Positions 50,673 to 63,070 of a stretch of 64,000 nt of DNA are shown piece after piece. The position numbers were made by a program, and so were the translations under genes. Origin of the DNA: Octopus sinensis. Taxonomy: Eukaryota. The notes under the pieces were generated by a model. That model worked only from the letters and a program-made list of their open reading frames with translations, did not search any database and had not been told where the DNA came from. The DNA lies in contig NC_043000.1 of assembly GCF_006345805.1 (NCBI RefSeq), positions 101,866,001 to 101,930,000 on the forward strand, read 5' to 3'. Position 1 is the stretch's first letter. The number at the start of each line of letters is the position of its first letter.

Positions 50673-52635
50673 AAGGGGGACGTTATAGATAACGTTAGGC
50701 TCATCACTCTGCTTAATGCAGAGCTGAAGATTTGTGCCAAGGTGCTAGGCAAAGAGGTTGGCGCTTGTCGGCGACAAACTAGTTTGGAAGGTGCAAACAT
50801 GCGCCGTTCCATCCAGAACAATCCACGACAACCTCCACCTCATACGCTACACCATAGACAGGATAGTTTATAATCATCGCATGGGAGGGGCACTAATACA
50901 TTTAGATCAGTCTAAAGCATTCGATCGGGTTGGCCATCGCTATCTGACGGCAGTGCTCGAAGCGGCCAGGTTTGGCCCTGACTTCCGCGGTTGGATCACT
51001 GCCTTATATGGAAATATTAAATCAGTAGTTCGGATGAACGGTCATCTTTCAGAGCATCGTGCGTTCGGTCCACCAAGGATGTCCCCAATCCTCCTTTCTG
51101 TACCATCTGGCCCTTCAGCCATTACTGCAGAAATTGGAGGCGTTGAGGGGCATCCCGCGTGATTTGAGGTGCGGGAGGTCGGTGTCTGCGTATGCGGACG
51201 ACATTACCGTCATCGTATCCTGTGACACACACCTGCATCTAGTAGGTGATACCATTAGGGAGTACGAAGCGGTATCAGGAGGGAAAATAAACCGTGGTAA
51301 GTCGGTCAGTCTGCAGCTCGGCACCTGGAGAGGCAGGTCGATACCACCTAACAACATCGTAAGACGTTGGACAGGAGGCCCGGTGAAATTGCTCGGGGTC
51401 TGGTTCGTTCAGACCTCCAAACAGAGAGAAACTAGGGTGAGGTCACGAGCAGAGTGGCTAATCTCACCCAGAAATGGGCTTAGAAGAAGCTGTTTCTGAA
51501 AGAGAGGGCGGAGGTGCGAATTATCGCAACGGTCATCAACTATCGCCTAACCGTCGTGCCTTTCCCGAATTCGAGTCTAATCAAGCTGGAACGCCTGCTT
51601 TTCCGCTTTTTGTGGAGAGACAGGGATCCACTGGTCAGACGCTCTATTTGCTGTCAACTACTGCTAAATGGAGGGCTGATCATGCCTTGGCTGAAAAGGT
51701 GCAGACATGCGCTAAGGCTGAGACATCTCCGGCTCTACCTAGACGGTGAACAGGTGTGGTCACCCTTCGTGAAACTGATCTTCTCACAGTTCGACTCATT
51801 TAGCGAATTGAATTCATGGATCAAGCGTAGACCTAGGTTGGGTGCTTGGCAAGCAGAGTGCCGTCAGGATCTCTTGCTTCTCTGCCAGACGGGCAATGCG
51901 AGTGATGGGGGTTTTACCTCGTCATTTTATAGAGGGTTAGTAGTCGGTAAGTGCGATGACGCCCTGGGGAAAACTCTGGGTCTCGATGATGGTCAACTCC
52001 CCAGTCTGCTCCGGAGGACGTTTGGGCCAAGGCCCATGGATAATTACCTGAAATCTCTGATCTGGCAGTGCTACCGAGGAGCTCTGCTTGTTTGCGATAA
52101 CCTGCACGCCATTGTACAATGTCCGTTGATTTCAGATCTTTGGATTTACGTAGAACACCTGCTGTCGCGCCTAGGATGGGTACAACTGTCAACTGAGTCC
52201 ATCATTAAGATTGTCCCACCTCCTTCCCTTAGCCGGGAAAGGCAGGCAACTTTTTTTCTATTTGGTGGCTGACGAGAGTGAAAGGAATTAAGACGGACAA
52301 TTTCCTCTCTGGCCTGGGTTTAATTAAATATTTCTCCTTCCATCTAAAAATAAAATAAGGCTAGAGAGAGAGAGAGTTGCTACCGCCGCGTGTGTTTAAA
52401 ACTAGATGGATGTAAATGGCACGCTCGTTAAGTATGAATGTGTCGAACTTGAACGTGTGAGAGCAGTGCTTGTAGGGTCTCCATGCTCAATATTTCATCT
52501 TATAATAGCATAATTGTCATTGAAAATTTTATTTTGTTAATTCTATTCATATTGTTATTACATCCGCCCATTCTACCCTGCTGCAGAGCCCTATTTGTTC
52601 GTGTCTGTCCTAATTTGTCCATTTATGTATAGCCC
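50673..52635 (+). mobile_element. 5'-truncated Tx1/L1-clade LINE, RT pseudogene
   Basis: NVRLITLLNAELKICAKVL; QTCAVPSRTIHDNL; HLDQSKAFDRVGH; SVHQGCPQS; SAYADDITV; SGGKINRGKS. Several frameshifts. Confidence 0.9.
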
Positions 52636-52891
52636 GAACAACCACACAGATGATTTGTTTGTAGTGATAAAATGTTTGTGTAGACATAATCTCACTGCTT
52701 CTATCAAATTGACATTACCTGCACAGGTGCATAGGGTGCCACATGTCACATGACGAAATGATCACAGAGTACCGTGAAATGAAGTGCTTTCCTCAAGAAC
52801 ATAATGCAACCTCCGATCTGGGAATCGAACCCACGATCTCGCAATCGTGAGTGCAACACACTAACCACTAGGCCACACACATACACACGCA

Positions 52892-53094
52892 CGATGGGGG
52901 GAGGGTGCTGAAACGTTCCTGGCTTTGGGTAAAAGAAAATACAAAAGGATCAGATAATTAAGATTTTATTCAACATATTCCCCTCTCACATTCACACACT
53001 TATTGCAGCGGTTCTTCAATTTTTCTAAGTCCTGTAAAAGAACTCAGAAGTATTTCGCATCACCCTTAAAGCTAGGAACTTTTTCACCCCATCG
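52892..53094. mobile_element. Mariner-derived MITE (second copy)
   Basis: Aligns with 39867-40075; ends ...AAAGCTAGGAACTTTTTCACCCCATCG|TA. Confidence 0.7.
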
Positions 53095-54621
53095 TATGTC
53101 CGTGTGTGTGTGTGTGTGTTGGGGAGGAGGAGTAGCGTGTGTTTGCTCTTCTTCTCTCCACTTGACAGCTATTATTGGTTTGCTTACGCCTCTACAACCC
53201 AATGGTTCGGCAAAAGAACCTATAGAGTAAATGCCAGACTTAAAAATAAGTGCTGGGTCGATTTGTTCGACAGAGCTTTTCTCAGTATGCTCACCGTCTA
53301 ATGACTGAAACAAGAAAAGGCTAAAAAAAGATTGGAAAAAAAAAGTTATTGCTGGAATATGTCAGTTTAAAGAAGTGTTGACTTGGGTCAAAATAACAAC
53401 ATCAAACATATTACTACTGTGGGTTGAGAGATAGATTAACATGTTTAGTTGCGACATGCTACGTTTTGAAGTTGATTTTGCCCTTCCATTCTCCCAGAGT
53501 CGATAAAATAAAGCAGTGGAGCAGTACTGGGGTCGACTATGTCCGCCTTCAAATTTGAGACTTTGTGTCAGTGTCAGAAATTGTGCCAGAATAATAAAAC
53601 AAGCTATAAATATTGGTTTCAAATTTTGGCACAAGGCCAGCAATTTCGGGGATGGGTTAAGTTAATTACATCGACACCAGTATTCAAATGGTACTTATTT
53701 TATCGACTCCAAAAGGTTAAAGGCAAAGTCAACCTTAGCAGAATTTGAACTCAGAACGTAAAGACGGATGAAATGTCACTAAGCATTTTTCTCGGCGTTT
53801 TTACGCTTCTGTCAACTCACTGCCTTACAAGCTATAAATATCGATATCATGTCACTTAAGTTCCAGCTACAATCCAATTGAAGTTATATTGTACAATTGT
53901 GGTTTATCCACAGGTCATGCTTGATCGAACAGAGCTACGATAAAAACCATTCCGGCTGTTACCACCTCGTATTGCTGTTGTTGTTTAGCCTCGGATCAAA
54001 CTTGATCGAGCAAACTCTTACAGAAAGTTCACCAGTGACTACCCTCTATTGTTATTGCTGTATTTGTTATTATTTAGCCCCAAGTCAAGCCTGGTCGAGC
54101 AAACATAATCAAAGGCTTTTCAACTCAGTCTATCTCATCTATCTACAGTATAAGTAAGATTATATAATCTAACGTGTTCTTTCCTTAGGACGGTAGAGTG
54201 TAAGTTGAGGAAAGATAGGCTACTATTTCAAGCAGACTGACTGACAGGATAGAGGCTCTCTCATTATCTCGCGTGCAGTTAAAGTTTATCAGTTCAGCAT
54301 GTTAAACACTTGATATCCTACTCTGTATATATTTTAGAATCCACAGCATTCGCATGAAGTATTTTCCCTCGGTCATGTAAATTATACATTGGCAGACTTA
54401 TTAACAATAAACGATGTGTTCTTTAAAGTCACTGCAATCGATTCCATAACCAACGATAAAAGAAATTCTCTTCAGCAAATAAACCTATATTCGTTGAATC
54501 ACCTTCAGAGTATAGTAAAATCTAATATAAAACAATAATAATCTAGTTTAGAATGTATATATATATAAAAATGTTTTTAAAATATATACTATGCTGCAGA
54601 CTATACACTGCTGTCTTAAAG

Positions 54622-54858
54622 GATTGCAGGTGAGTTCACCGCCATCAATTCACCGTGAAGAAAGTTAACCGCAAGGAAAGATCGCCACGTGGAAAGTTTA
54701 CCGAGAAAATATATCCATCGTATCCCACCATTAATAGTTAAAAACTATTTTATTGACGAAAAAAACAAAGGAAAACTCGAGTTGAAAAATGATGTCAAAA
54801 AATTCGTACGGGGAACTTTCCCTGCAGTAAATTGATGGCGGTAAACTTACTGGGCATG
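54622..54858. mobile_element. MULE-like MITE with a 9-bp target-site duplication
   Basis: GTCTTAAAG at 54613-54621 and 54859-54867; TIRs GTGAGTTCACCGCCATCAATTCACCG / CAGTAAATTGATGGCGGTAAACTTAC. Confidence 0.7.
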
Positions 54859-56448
54859 GTCTTAAAGAAGAGAAAGGATACATAGGCCAATGTGGTCCTA
54901 AATGTGTGATATGTGGCTGAAATCCTTTTGAACATGCGTTTGTTCAAGTGGGACTAATCCAGGGTGAAATAATGTCACTAATTGGAAAGTTATACACAGA
55001 AGAAAATCTGGAAACATTCCAAAATAAAGTGATATAAGGGATTTACCACGTATCTGACCGACAATGTGGCAATGTGGACTACAATTTTCCTAGAACAGAA
55101 AAAAATGAGCTGACATCATTATTTATCACTTCATCCAGATGAAGGGAAACCATAAGCTCTCTTATCCAGCAATGTTCCCTCAAATCTTTGTGGATGTGCG
55201 CAAAAGTAGCTTGTTTACAATTTTTATATTTCTTTGCGAAATATATGTACATCCATGAGTGTAAATATCTTGAATTTAAAATAAAGAATTTCATCATGTA
55301 AACCTTGTATGCAGACATTTTTTTCCTTTGTGCATTTGTCGTACAGCATCCATAACCATCTCACATTTTTATTCAGTTGGTGTATCTAAGAGTAAATTTT
55401 ACACATAACATACACGCTTGCATTATATATATATATATACGTGACATTCCATCGGTTACGACGACGAGGGTTCCAGTTGATCCGATCAACAGAACAGCAC
55501 GCACAACTTTTCAGCTTAGCGGCAACTTTCTTATTCATATTTAATGGCCAAAGATTCAGGATGCGAATTGCTAGATCTTAGTGCGATAATACATGATCAT
55601 GACCTCTGGTGAAGAGTTACGTAGTCTGCATCGACAGGCGTTGTCAGATAATTATGTTGTCCTTTATATAGTTACTAGTTTGCCCTAAATCGAGTAGACC
55701 TTTGGTCAAAAACACGCATCCATGACCATCTCACATTTTTATTCAGTTGGTGTATCTAAGACAAAATTTTACACATAACATACACGCTTGCAATATATAT
55801 ATATAATATATATATATATATATACGTGACACTCCATCGGTTACGACGACGGGGGTTCCAGTTGATCCGATTAACGTTACAGCCTACTCGTGAAATTAAC
55901 GTGCAAGTGGCTGAGCACTCTACAGACACGTGCACTCTTAAAGTAGTTATCGGCGAGATTCAGCGTGACATAGAGTATGACAAGGCTGGCCCTTTGAAAT
56001 ACAAGTACAACAGAAACAGGAAGAAAGAATGAGAGAAAGTTGTAGTGAAAGAGTACAGCAGGATTTGCCACCACCTCCTACCGGAGCTTCGTGGAGGTTT
56101 AGATGTTTTCGCTCAATAAACACTGTCAATGCCCGGGCTGGGAAACCATGATCCTACGACCGTCTCCAATGTATATATATAATAACAACAACAACAACAA
56201 TAATAATAATAATAATAATAATAATAGGGAGTATAACTCCAAATTAACAGGGAAAAATTCAATTTAATATTAAATCAAATTTCACTATATAAATATATAA
56301 TCTATACTTAGAGAATAACCACTATTATGCAATTAAAACAATGATAGATATGAACCAAATCACAAATATAAAATAAAGTATATTTTAAAGCATATATCTA
56401 GATCACAAAAAGTACAAAAATGAATAAACAATACATCATAAGTAAAAA

Positions 56449-56544
56449 GACTACGTACGTTTCTTGGCTATAATTTAAATTCGAATTACAATTAGATTTA
56501 AATTTGATCGAAAAGCAATTCAATTTATAATCACTCCTCAGGTC
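56449..56544 (-). ncRNA. Long-stem-II type I hammerhead motif
   Basis: GAC-CUGAGGA-GUGAUUAUAA...UUAUAGCCAA-GAAAC-GUAC-GUA-GUC: intact cores, stem I GAC/GUC, palindromic loop GUAC, GUA cleavage triplet. Confidence 0.75.
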
Positions 56545-57094
56545 AACAATAATAATAATAGTTAAATAAATAATCAAATAGAATTAAACAATATTTCTTA
56601 AAGAAATAGAATGATGATTGTTCTTATAGAAGAAACTCCATTAACTAAATTTGAAACTTAAAACAGTAGGATCAGGTGCCTATAATACATTTATCATGTT
56701 AAAAACTAAATGTAAAAAAATAGAGTAAATAGAAAAACGTATTTATCTGTGAAGATATAATTTAGCTTTAAGAATAAACATTAACAAACTATAGAATATC
56801 TTTACACTAGCTATACTCTAATATTTTAATTCACAAACTATTTTACAAAACAATCACACTTACTATTTTTAGATTTTAGTTCACATATAATAATTATAAA
56901 ATTACAAAATTAAATAAAAGTACGTCACAGCTCAAGAGCTGAAACTAGAAAACATAAAACATAAAATCTAAATTTTAATTAACAAATATAGCAATTAGAA
57001 ATCCATATTTTCAATCAATAAACATATAAATAAATAAATAAATTGCTTAATAATAAATAAATGATTTATTTAACTATAAATTGTTATTATTATT

Positions 57095-57195
57095 GACCTG
57101 AGGAGTGACTATAATTTTAAATTGAATTGTTTTTCGATTAAATTTTAATTTAATTGTAATTCGAATTTAAATTATAGCCATGAAACGTAGTAGTC
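57095..57195 (+). ncRNA. Long-stem-II type I hammerhead motif (inverted partner of 56449-56544)
   Basis: GAC-CUGAGGA-GUGACUAUAAUUU...AAAUUAUAGCCAU-GAAAC-GUA-GUA-GUC. Confidence 0.75.
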
Positions 57196-57335
57196 TTTTT
57201 ACTTATATATTGTTTATTCATTTTTGTACTTTTTGTGATCAAGTTATATGTTTTAAAATATTTTTTTTTTAATTATATTTATGATTTGGTTTATGTCTAT
57301 CATTGTTTGAATTGCATTATAATGGTTTTTCTCTA

Positions 57336-57405
<70 letters not shown>

Positions 57406-57406
<1 letters not shown>

Positions 57407-57718
57407 AGTAGATAAATGGTAGAAGAAGGCGCAAATATTTACTGGAAAATAGCAATCGTAATAAATACGACGCTATTGTATAGCTTCACTGCATATATAC
57501 TAGCAAAGATGCGTGTGTGCAACAAACATGAAAAAAATTTGTCTTACCTCTTTGCTAGTATATACGCAGTGAAGCTATACAATAGCGTCGTATTTATTAC
57601 GATTGTTATTTTCCAGTAAATATTGGTGCCTTGTTGTACCATTTATCTACTTTTATATGTATAATTTTACCCTTATGGGCTATCTTTTACTGGAAAGTAA
57701 TACATTCGTATTGCATTA
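57406..57718. repeat. Fold-back element (arms 57406-57509 and 57549-57652) with tail, in (TA)n
   Basis: Near-perfect arms of about 100 bp. Confidence 0.9.
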
Positions 57719-58707
57719 TATATATACAGGTATGTACATGGATGTGTGTATATATGCATAAATATATGTATATATCATTTATATTATTATATGATCGAAC
57801 GCCACGCATCCATTTCCAAGTAAATTTTATCTTAATAATTCCGATGCGAACTCTACAAACTATCTCTATTCTATCTCCCTCTCTTGTTCTTGTTCCTTTC
57901 TGTTTTTCTCTCCCACCCTTTCTCTAATATTTCTCCTCTCCCCTTCACCGTTCCAACTCTCTCTCACTCTCTCACTTTTCCTCTTTGACTCTCTCGTTGC
58001 TCACACGTGACCAAAGGCTATCTATATTTCTTTATTCCACTTCCTTCCTAAAGACAAGACGTGCTTTTTCTTCTCACAGCTCGTTCTTCCAGCGTTCACC
58101 ACTTCACCTCGTTATGGTGTAACAGCCTTCACAGTTTATTTTTATTGCTGTGTCCTTACTGTCCTGTCTTTGTTACTACTTTAACCCTCCGCAAAAAATC
58201 CCAAATTTGATTTAATTTGCTTTACGGGAAGGATTGTTTTAACGAAGTTGCGTCTTGTCCATACCTTCGAACGAGGAGTAGATAAAACAGGGGATAACTG
58301 ATGACGGGAATGTTCTTTATGTTACCTGTCTCGTTTCTCTATTTGTTTCTTTTGTTGTTCGAAAAAACGTTCGTTTTCCATGCTTTTGCTTTTTTATGTT
58401 CTCGTTTCTCATTTTGTTGACGGTTTTGGACGTCCTGTACCCATATATGCATGTATATATACATATATTTGTAGGCATGTACATGTGTACGTGTATATAT
58501 GAATATATATATACATATTATTTATATTATACTCACACACACAAGGATATCATTGTTTGTAATAATATCAAGTAGTATAGCATGGTTAAATAACCGTCAA
58601 GGTAATAGTCCAATTTTAATTTAAGTATATCATCGAAAATTTGTGGTTATAGTCGTCTTCTGATGGCTATTTTTAGAGTACTGGTGCTACTTGTAGCACC
58701 CTTAATG

Positions 58708-58755
<48 letters not shown>

Positions 58756-58815
58756 CATGTATATATATATATGCCTGTATATATATATAGATAGATATTA
58801 ATGCCGTCAGGCAGT

Positions 58816-58853
58816 CCGACGATGGCTTATCTCGCCGAAACTTCGATGTCAGA
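58816..58853 (+). ncRNA. Hammerhead motif with one core mutation
   Basis: CCGACGA-U-GGC(UUAUCUC)GCC-GAAAC-UUCGAU-GUC-AGA; U4 replaced by C. Confidence 0.55.
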
Positions 58854-58944
58854 ACATGGTTGTATAATACTACTACTACTACTAATAATAATAATAATAT
58901 ATATGTATATAAAACTTTAACATGTATGTATATATATATTTATA

Positions 58945-59626
58945 CTAGCAGCTAAGCCCGGTTCCACCCGGTCGGTTTGGATGATGTGGCTGTAAAACCT
59001 GCTCTGTGTAACCATTCGACTTGTTTGGTCACGCTTACGTTAAAACACAATTTTAGAATGACTTTTTTCTGTCAAAATGCTAAAAATAACTGACCAACAA
59101 AAAATACAACCAAGATTCAACCAAATCCAAAAATAAACCCTAATAGTAAGCGAACAAAGATGTAAAACAACAGAAACAAACATAAAAATAAAACAAAAAT
59201 TAAAAGAAATAAAAAACAGGTCGAAATTTTTTTAAATTTTCAAAGGTCAAAAAACAACAAAAAAATAATAGCTGAAAAACATTAAATACCTCAACGTCAA
59301 TGCGAAATATTATACAAAATTTAAAAATCAAAAGACAAAAAACACATCTGAAACTGAAAAACAAATAGCTGAAACACTACAAAGAAAGACTTGACAAAAA
59401 ATCTCACTTCCACTGCACACACATACAAACGCACACACACATTTACATACCCCCTTTTACATACACACACACATATATATTGACACAGAGTTGAAACGCT
59501 GTTTGATTTATTTTTTCAGCGTGCTATTTTCATTATCCTACTACCAAGTATGACATCACCCCTTCCTTATTCATCTGTCACCCCTTTCTTTCTCATTTAT
59601 AAACACAAGAGTATTATTATAATAGA
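58945..59626 (-). mobile_element. Non-autonomous Helitron (third family)
   Basis: Minus strand begins A^TCTATTATAATAATAC and ends CCGG-GTGGAA-CCGG-GCTTAGCTGCTAG^T. Confidence 0.75.
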
Positions 59627-59797
59627 TTATCTTGGTAACCATGGGAGATATGAAAAAAAAAGACAAGGCCCATCATCACCACCGGATCATTCTACATATC
59701 TGTGTAATTTTTCACGCAAATCCACCCAGCCGTTTGACCGCGAATCCCAAGACAAGAAAGAATCGCCCATGTCAAATTTGTATGTATAGATATATAT

Positions 59798-60363
59798 CAG
59801 GGGTGGGGAAAACTCCACCCGCGGGCACAATTATGCCTGCATGCTGATATATTCGTATGTACAAAATACAGAAAAGTTTTCAATTATGAAATTTATACAA
59901 TATTCGTATGCCTATTTGCGACATAGGTCGCGTCTCCACTACAACTTAAAACGCTGGAACGCGAACAGAAATCGTCTGGTAATAGTAATTTGGGTGGAAA
60001 TTTTGTTATCACTATAAAAAACATATTGTTATGTCTGTACCACCCCTTCAGACCCAACTACGCTCTAGCTGAAAAATATAGAATACTTCATAAGTAATAT
60101 AAGTGTCCTAAATTCAGTGACGGCGTTAATGAAGATGTTACATGTTAATTTAATGTGTTAAACGTATTATTGATAATGTATATCGAATTATACATAAATA
60201 TATACAGTGTTGCCCCAGCATGGCGGCGGCCTTCGGGCTAAAACATTTTTAAGGATTTAAGGATTTAAGAATTACTCAGACATGTGTTAGAACTTGTCAC
60301 CCACCGGCGGACCTTTCCCTTTGGAAACTTTTGCCCACCACACTAAAACATTCCCCACCCCTG
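59798..60363. mobile_element. Non-autonomous hAT element containing a CR1-type 3' tail (about 60205-60270)
   Basis: TIRs CAGGGGTGGGGAA / TTCCCCACCCCTG; 8-bp flanks ATATATAT / CTATATAT. Confidence 0.7.
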
Positions 60364-60393
<30 letters not shown>

Positions 60394-60397
<4 letters not shown>

Positions 60398-60588
60398 AAT
60401 CCAAACATGAACAAATAAGAAAAAACAACAACGCGAGGACGTAGAATAAGTACAGTGTTACTGGACGCTCAGGAAAGGAAAGAAAAGAAAGAGCACTTCA
60501 CGTTTCGAGTGGAGCTCTTCATCAGAAATATAGAAAAAGTCCAAAGAAGGGAAGACGGAGAAAGAAAAGCGCCAACGATACACATGCG
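60394..60588 (-). mobile_element. Solo Penelope-type pseudo-LTR with hammerhead motif at 60496-60528
   Basis: Reverse complement aligns with 9606-9810; core UUU-CUGAUGA-A-GAG(CUCCA)CUC-GAAAC-GUG (non-cleavable triplet); flanked by (TA)n. Confidence 0.75.
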
Positions 60589-60609
60589 ATATATATATAT
60601 TTGTATGTG

Positions 60610-61715
60610 TAAAGTAACAGCTCAGAAAAAACATTGGTTTCATATCTAGCGTGAACTAGACATATTTTCAGCTTTTTTAAGCGATAACTGTTCTCAGCAA
60701 AGAATGTTATTTTTAAAAACACAAGAACGCCGGTGAGAGATCAAACAATATTCCTCTTAAAATTTATGGCCGGGCGAGTTCTCTTCCACTTTTGAAGTAA
60801 AAATTTCCGAAAATATGGACAACTCCCCACGGCTTCCGTCCAGGAGTTCAGGTAGCCTCATGGCTCATGTGAGTTCATAAGGATTATATATTTTTCTACC
60901 ATACACAATTTCCATAGTCTTGTTCCATTGCGATAAGGTCCACAAGTTTCTAGTATTTTCCTGTTAAAGGGCGTATGATCGACCTTTAGGCGCCATACGT
61001 ATGCTGCGAGTGTAGTTGTGTTGCGTTTCTCCAGGACCCTGAAAGAAGATCTGTGGTTGTTCATGCGAATTTTAAAGTTTCACAAGATCCGATATACATT
61101 TTAGTGTGTGTCCCTGTGTTGGCATTTGATATTACTGATAGTTGTGCTGCTTCTGTTTGAGGCTACCTTTGTTTGGTACACTGTAGCCTCGGTGTTACAT
61201 CGGCCGTCCACTGTGCATTCATTTCTAATCCTGCATGAACAACCTGCCTCTGTCCTTGGTTTAGGAGTGCTAAGTAATTTTTTTTAACATTGGGTGCACA
61301 ACTAAAAGAGATTCTTAAATTGTATCTGTTAAAGATATTTCTATATTTGTGTGATCACCCGAAATACTTATCAACCAACAATACGTTTAGGGAGAAGGGG
61401 GGAGCGAAGGCATAAGATCTTGCGGTGGCGTTTCCTTTTATGGTTACTCGACCCTGGTTTGTGTACAATATGGTCCTTGAACCCGTTGGCCGCTAGCGCC
61501 TCAATGTAAGCGGGAGCCGCTGCGTCGAAAATATCTTTATTTGAAGATAAGATCGAAATCCATTTACTGATACCTTTTATTAGGTTTTTGAACACTATGG
61601 GTGGGTGGAAGAAGGCTGTATTAATGCATGATAGCCTATCGTTCGGGTTTGCAGTATGGTCTGTAGGTGCCACTGTCTAAATCAAGCGTGATATCCAAGA
61701 AGTTCACCACGGTGT
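60610..61715 (-). mobile_element. Second decayed Penelope-like element (RT C-terminus, GIY-YIG, 3' pseudo-LTR)
   Basis: VVNFLDITLDLDSGTYRPY; HPPIVFKNLIKGISKWISILSSNKDIFDAAAPAY; KRKRHRKIL; MNNHRSSFR...LAAYVWRLK...LCMVEKYII. Frameshifted; different lineage from 7468-9598. Confidence 0.85.
60626..60678 (-). ncRNA. Hammerhead motif in the 3' pseudo-LTR of the second Penelope-like element
   Basis: AAAAAAG-CUGAAAA-U-AUGUCUAG(UUCACG)CUAGAUAU-GAAAC-CAAU-GUU-UUUU; G8 replaced by A. Confidence 0.6.
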
Positions 61716-63070
61716 AATCTGAAGGAAGTTTGGATGCTATCTCTTGCAAGTCAAGCGATCAGGTAGGAAATAATTTATTTCTGGTATTTGCTATTGTCGT
61801 GACCGTTGTTGCTGTTTCAACCCAGGTTAGTTCTGATGAAGCAGGCTTAAGATCAAAAGGCATTCAACTCGTGACCATTTAATTTTTTTTGTTTGGTTTT
61901 GTACCCCTTTTTAAAGAGGCTTGGGAGTCATTTGAGGGAGATTTGATTGCTATCTTTATCAATTCAAACAATCAGGTAGAAGATGCTTGCTGTTACTTTG
62001 TTGTAAATGGCCGGATATGAATTGGTAACATAGAGAAAGATGAATTTAATTACTGTAATGCATTAATGTCTAGCTTCCCTTTCGCTACACCTGAACTAAT
62101 GGTCATTATATGGTCTATATGGTCACTGTAGCCAAATTTTGAAACACCCTAATATCTAAATAAAGAGAGAAGGGAATATTGGGTAAAGTAGTCTCAGATA
62201 CATAATGCCTGAATGAGAGAAATGGGGAGCTTTTGAATAAACATTTGCTCGATTAGTGATGACTTTGAAGGAAACAAAATAAATATATTGACTTCTTTCA
62301 TCTATTGTCGATTGCATTGATCCTAGAAGGATGAAAGATAAAGTTGACTTCAGCTGGATGTCAGCTCAGTGTGTAGGGTGGTAAACTAGATGCCACAGAA
62401 GGTTTTGTGTAATAAATATATCGATTTTATTGACAAACGCAAGGAAGGCAGCGAGCTGGCACAATCGTATGCCCATAGGATAAAATGCTTAGCGGCTTTC
62501 CTTCCGGCTATTTAGTTCTGTGTTCCAGTTTCGCCGGAGTCGACTTTGCTTTTCGGGTTAATAAAAGAAGTACCAGTCATGTACTGTGGTCGATGTAATC
62601 GAATTTTCCCACTTCCATCCAAATTACTAGTATTGTACCAATATTTGAAACAGTTCCGACCAATTTACAAACACAAAGCTTAAAATGTTTGGAATGGGTA
62701 GAGCCGGTTAGATTCAGCTTGGGCTTACACGAGTCAATGAAGAGGCCTCCGGATGGTCATTCAACTGGTCAGAAATGGCAGCAATATCTACCTTACACGA
62801 TATTATATTGATAAAAAAAAAGGTGACAGTGCTGTCCAAGATATGTAAAAAAGGTAAAATAATCACAAGTAGAACGAAGTTGATCATAGTTTTGTATATT
62901 CAGTCCGGATAGACTTGGAGCTAAACAGTTAATCGTACGTATTTCATTGAACCACAGAAGGATAAAATATAATCGCGGTAAGATTTGATCTCAGAAACAT
63001 ACATGACTTAAAACATACCATAATCATTTTTGCCCACTCTCCCGATCCTGTCACCACTACACACATACAC

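Larger units (their letters stand above)
56226..57337. mobile_element. Fold-back pseudo-LTR element, about 270-bp arms each carrying a hammerhead
   Basis: Arms at about 56308-56575 and 57062-57336; bounded by (AAT)n and (TA)n. Confidence 0.8.

Noticed and set aside
58298-58330. CTGATGA box in a pseudo-LTR-like element
   Set aside because: No properly placed GAAA/UH half, so it cannot be called a hammerhead.
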